NCBI GenBank assembly: GCA_948466255.1
Contig: CAOJZV010000003.1
Location: 9,722-73,721, forward strand
Direction of reading: 5' to 3'
Source: an uncultured Bacillota bacterium
GTDB taxonomy: Bacteria > Bacillota_I > Bacilli_A > RF39 > UBA660
Length of the DNA stretch: 64,000 nucleotides
How positions within the stretch are numbered: position 1 is the stretch's first letter; each line of letters opens with the position of its first letter. The position numbers and the translations under genes were made by a program. This document shows, piece by piece, positions 62,119 through 64,000 of this stretch. A model generated the notes under the pieces. The model did not search any database, was not told where the DNA came from, and saw only the letters and a list, made by a program, of their open reading frames with translations.

Positions 62119-63300
62119 TCATACTGTAGCACACTCTTTTTTCTTTTTATATAGTTTCGACAAAACTAGAATTAATATGACCAGTAATAATATCATTGGT
62201 AAAAAGGCATATAATAACCCTGATGTTTTAACTTCTTTTAAGTCGTCAATTTTTTGAATATTTAATGGATATGAAATTGCTTTAGAAGGTATTTTATAAA
62301 CATTATCAGTTTTATCTGAAACAATATTCATTTTTTTTGAGTTATCAGATTCATCTAGTTTATCATAATGTTCTTCGTTTATATTATTTACTACTTCAGG
62401 AAGAATTGTTCTTGTTCTTTTGGAATAATAATCTTTATATAATGTTTCATCTTTATATATAAAATCTTCAAAAGGCATCGTTGTATATTCATCATAATAG
62501 ATTTTGTTTAATTTATAATTACGATATAAAATGTCTTTATATTTATATAAAGTAACTTCTTCTATTTGTTTAAAAGCGTTTCCAGTTGGAAATTTTTCTT
62601 CAGAATAAAAATCTTCATATATATTATTAGGACATGAAATATCCATACCTTTCCATAGTGTATTCCTATTTTCTAAAAAAGAATGCATCATTTCATTATA
62701 AACTTCATCATCATTTCCACAATAGATATAAATTGTGCATACAGAACTACTTGTCTTATTAAATCCACTATAGGATAAAGTTAAATATCTAAGTTCTAAA
62801 TCTTCTTTAAAATTAAATTTAATATACCCATTTGGCTCAAATTCAAAATTATCATTTACATTTTCCATTTCCATATCGTATTCTATTTCTTCTCCCTTGT
62901 ATAAAATTTTAATATCAGATAAAGCTATATCGGACATTAACACTTTAATCTTTAAAAAGTTTATATCTTTAACTTTGTGATAGTGATAACCATTTATAGT
63001 TTCTATAATTCTTCCTTCTTTTTCTGATGGTTTTTCTATACTAACATCTGAATAATCTGTATAGATATAATCATCTTTATCTATAAATGGATATTCTACT
63101 GAATCGTTCTCACCATAACCTCCTAGTTCTTTTTCTAACTTATAATACTTATACCTTCTTTCTATTTTAACATCTGTTAAATCATTACTTTGAATATAAT
63201 TTTCGGTATATTCACTAAAGTCGGTATAATCCGAATATTCTAAAGCACTCGCATTTCCTACTGCGAAAAATAGTAAAAATAAAACTAAAATTTTTTTCAT
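62119..63300 (-). CDS. Secreted protein with C-terminal membrane anchor
   Basis: Signal peptide MKKILVLFLLFFAVGNASA; C-terminal hydrophobic helix followed by KKKK. Confidence 0.8.
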   Translation of the reverse strand: MKKILVLFLLFFAVGNASALEYSDYTDFSEYTENYIQSNDLTDVKIERRYKYYKLEKELGGYGENDSVEYPFIDKDDYIYTDYSDVSIEKPSEKEGRIIETINGYHYHKVKDINFLKIKVLMSDIALSDIKILYKGEEIEYDMEMENVNDNFEFEPNGYIKFNFKEDLELRYLTLSYSGFNKTSSSVCTIYIYCGNDDEVYNEMMHSFLENRNTLWKGMDISCPNNIYEDFYSEEKFPTGNAFKQIEEVTLYKYKDILYRNYKLNKIYYDEYTTMPFEDFIYKDETLYKDYYSKRTRTILPEVVNNINEEHYDKLDESDNSKKMNIVSDKTDNVYKIPSKAISYPLNIQKIDDLKEVKTSGLLYAFLPMILLLVILILVLSKLYKKKKECATV

Positions 63301-63314
63301 ATTTTTCTCCTTTC

Positions 63315-63407
63315 TTGCATAATATATTTAAATATGATAAAATAAATTTAGTGAGGTGGCCACTAGGCCCAACCTCCGGTGGGTACCTAGCTTAAGCTAG
63401 GTTTTTT
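63315..63407 (+). ncRNA. Promoter and ~57-nt sRNA, candidate type I antitoxin
   Basis: TTGCAT-17-TAAAAT with extended TG (63315-63343). The predicted transcript from about 63351 carries AACCTCC (anti-SD) and ends in a CCTAGC/GCTAGG hairpin plus T6. Confidence 0.6.
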
Positions 63408-63408
63408 A

Positions 63409-63474
63409 TTAGTGCTTTCGGGGAGATTCTCTTAGTAAAACTAAAAGTACAACAAGAATAACTAAATATTCCAT
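63409..63474 (-). CDS. Small hydrophobic peptide, candidate type I toxin (MEYLVILVVLLVLLRESPRKH)
   Basis: 21 aa, hydrophobic core with basic tail, AAGGAG RBS; overlapped by an out-of-frame 34-aa ORF (63392-63496) whose strong RBS is sequestered. Confidence 0.55.
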   Translation of the reverse strand: MEYLVILVVLLVLLRESPRKH

Positions 63475-63540
63475 ATTCTCCTTCTAAAGTTTTCATAAAT
63501 AACACCTCCTTTCATTTGGAGGTTAAACCTAGCTTTTCCG

Positions 63541-63587
63541 CCTCGTATATAATATACGAGATTTATATAGCAAATTCCTTGTTAAAA
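63541..63587 (-). repeat. Dispersed ~40-bp element, copy 5
   Basis: cctcgtatataatatacgagatttatatagcaaattccttgttaaaa; 63548-63587 is 37/40 identical to copy 2. Confidence 0.9.
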
Positions 63588-63668
63588 ATAAAAAAAAGTC
63601 CGTTTTTACGAACTTTCTTTTTTTGTATGTTTTTTTATGCGAATTTCCGATTTTTGTAATAAAAGTTT

Positions 63669-63998
63669 TTAACTATTTATTGTATATGGCTGATCACTTG
63701 TTCCTTCTCCATCGAGTGTGATGTTAGGAATTAGATAAAGAGCTGGTAAGACGCCGGTGCTGGTACTTTCCACCCCAGTACTACGCACGCTACTATTCTT
63801 TGTGATAATGAACGCGACGCCTGTATTACCCATACGAGGCGAAATAGCCCAATAAGGAGCTGATGATGGTACTAAATAATTTGTTGTTTGACATGTTGCA
63901 TAATTTGTATTAGTTAAACTAAAATTACCACATTCTGTTGTATTTGTATTTGCTCTTAAATAATCACTTACACTTATCAATCCTATATTCCCGTTCCA
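63669..63998 (-). CDS. 3' end of a larger gene (runs off the window) with a DUF6273/CLec-like C-terminal domain
   Basis: The frame stays open to the window edge: WNGNIGLISVSDYLRAN...YWAISP...GVLPALYL...LDGEGTSDQPY. Confidence 0.75.
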   Translation of the reverse strand, partial: WNGNIGLISVSDYLRANTNTTECGNFSLTNTNYATCQTTNYLVPSSAPYWAISPRMGNTGVAFIITKNSSVRSTGVESTSTGVLPALYLIPNITLDGEGTSDQPYTINS

Positions 63999-64000
63999 TG

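Noticed and set aside
63541-63570. Element as a chromosomal dif (Xer) site
   Set aside because: The core is 7 bp, the arms do not match the XerD TTATGT(T/A)AA arm, and there are five copies. Only a generic recombinase-site-like symmetry remains.

Overview
Very AT-rich bacterial chromosomal DNA, standard genetic code (TGA is used as a stop), with most genes on the minus strand. The gene content points to a small-genome, spore-forming Bacillota/Bacilli lineage; it resembles uncultured gut RF39-type Bacilli, which is an inference and not a database result. The core backbone comprises alr + D-aspartate ligase + asnB/H, clpC, a MurJ/SpoVB-type flippase, yqeG-yqeH-herA, dacF, a T-box with alaS, frr, hrcA-grpE-dnaK-pepF-dnaJ, tmk-folA-thyA, lepA-hemW, spoVAC/D/E, sodA and spoIIAA-sigF. 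Small accessory modules are scattered between these genes. No rRNA, tRNA, CRISPR array, integrase, transposase or prophage structural genes were seen. The main unexplained structures are: (1) a conserved ~40-bp element in five copies, each directly upstream of a toxin- or selfish-type accessory gene; (2) three integrase-less cassettes bounded by exact 22-, 37- and 72-bp direct repeats, two of which duplicate the host gene's terminator; (3) a C17/G17 tract in a promoter spacer, suggesting phase variation; (4) an unannotated type I toxin-antitoxin-like locus; (5) a DGR-like high-GC variable tip in the last ORF; (6) spoIIAA-sigF with no spoIIAB and no phosphoacceptor serine; (7) two unrelated acidic proteins ending in GKTR.
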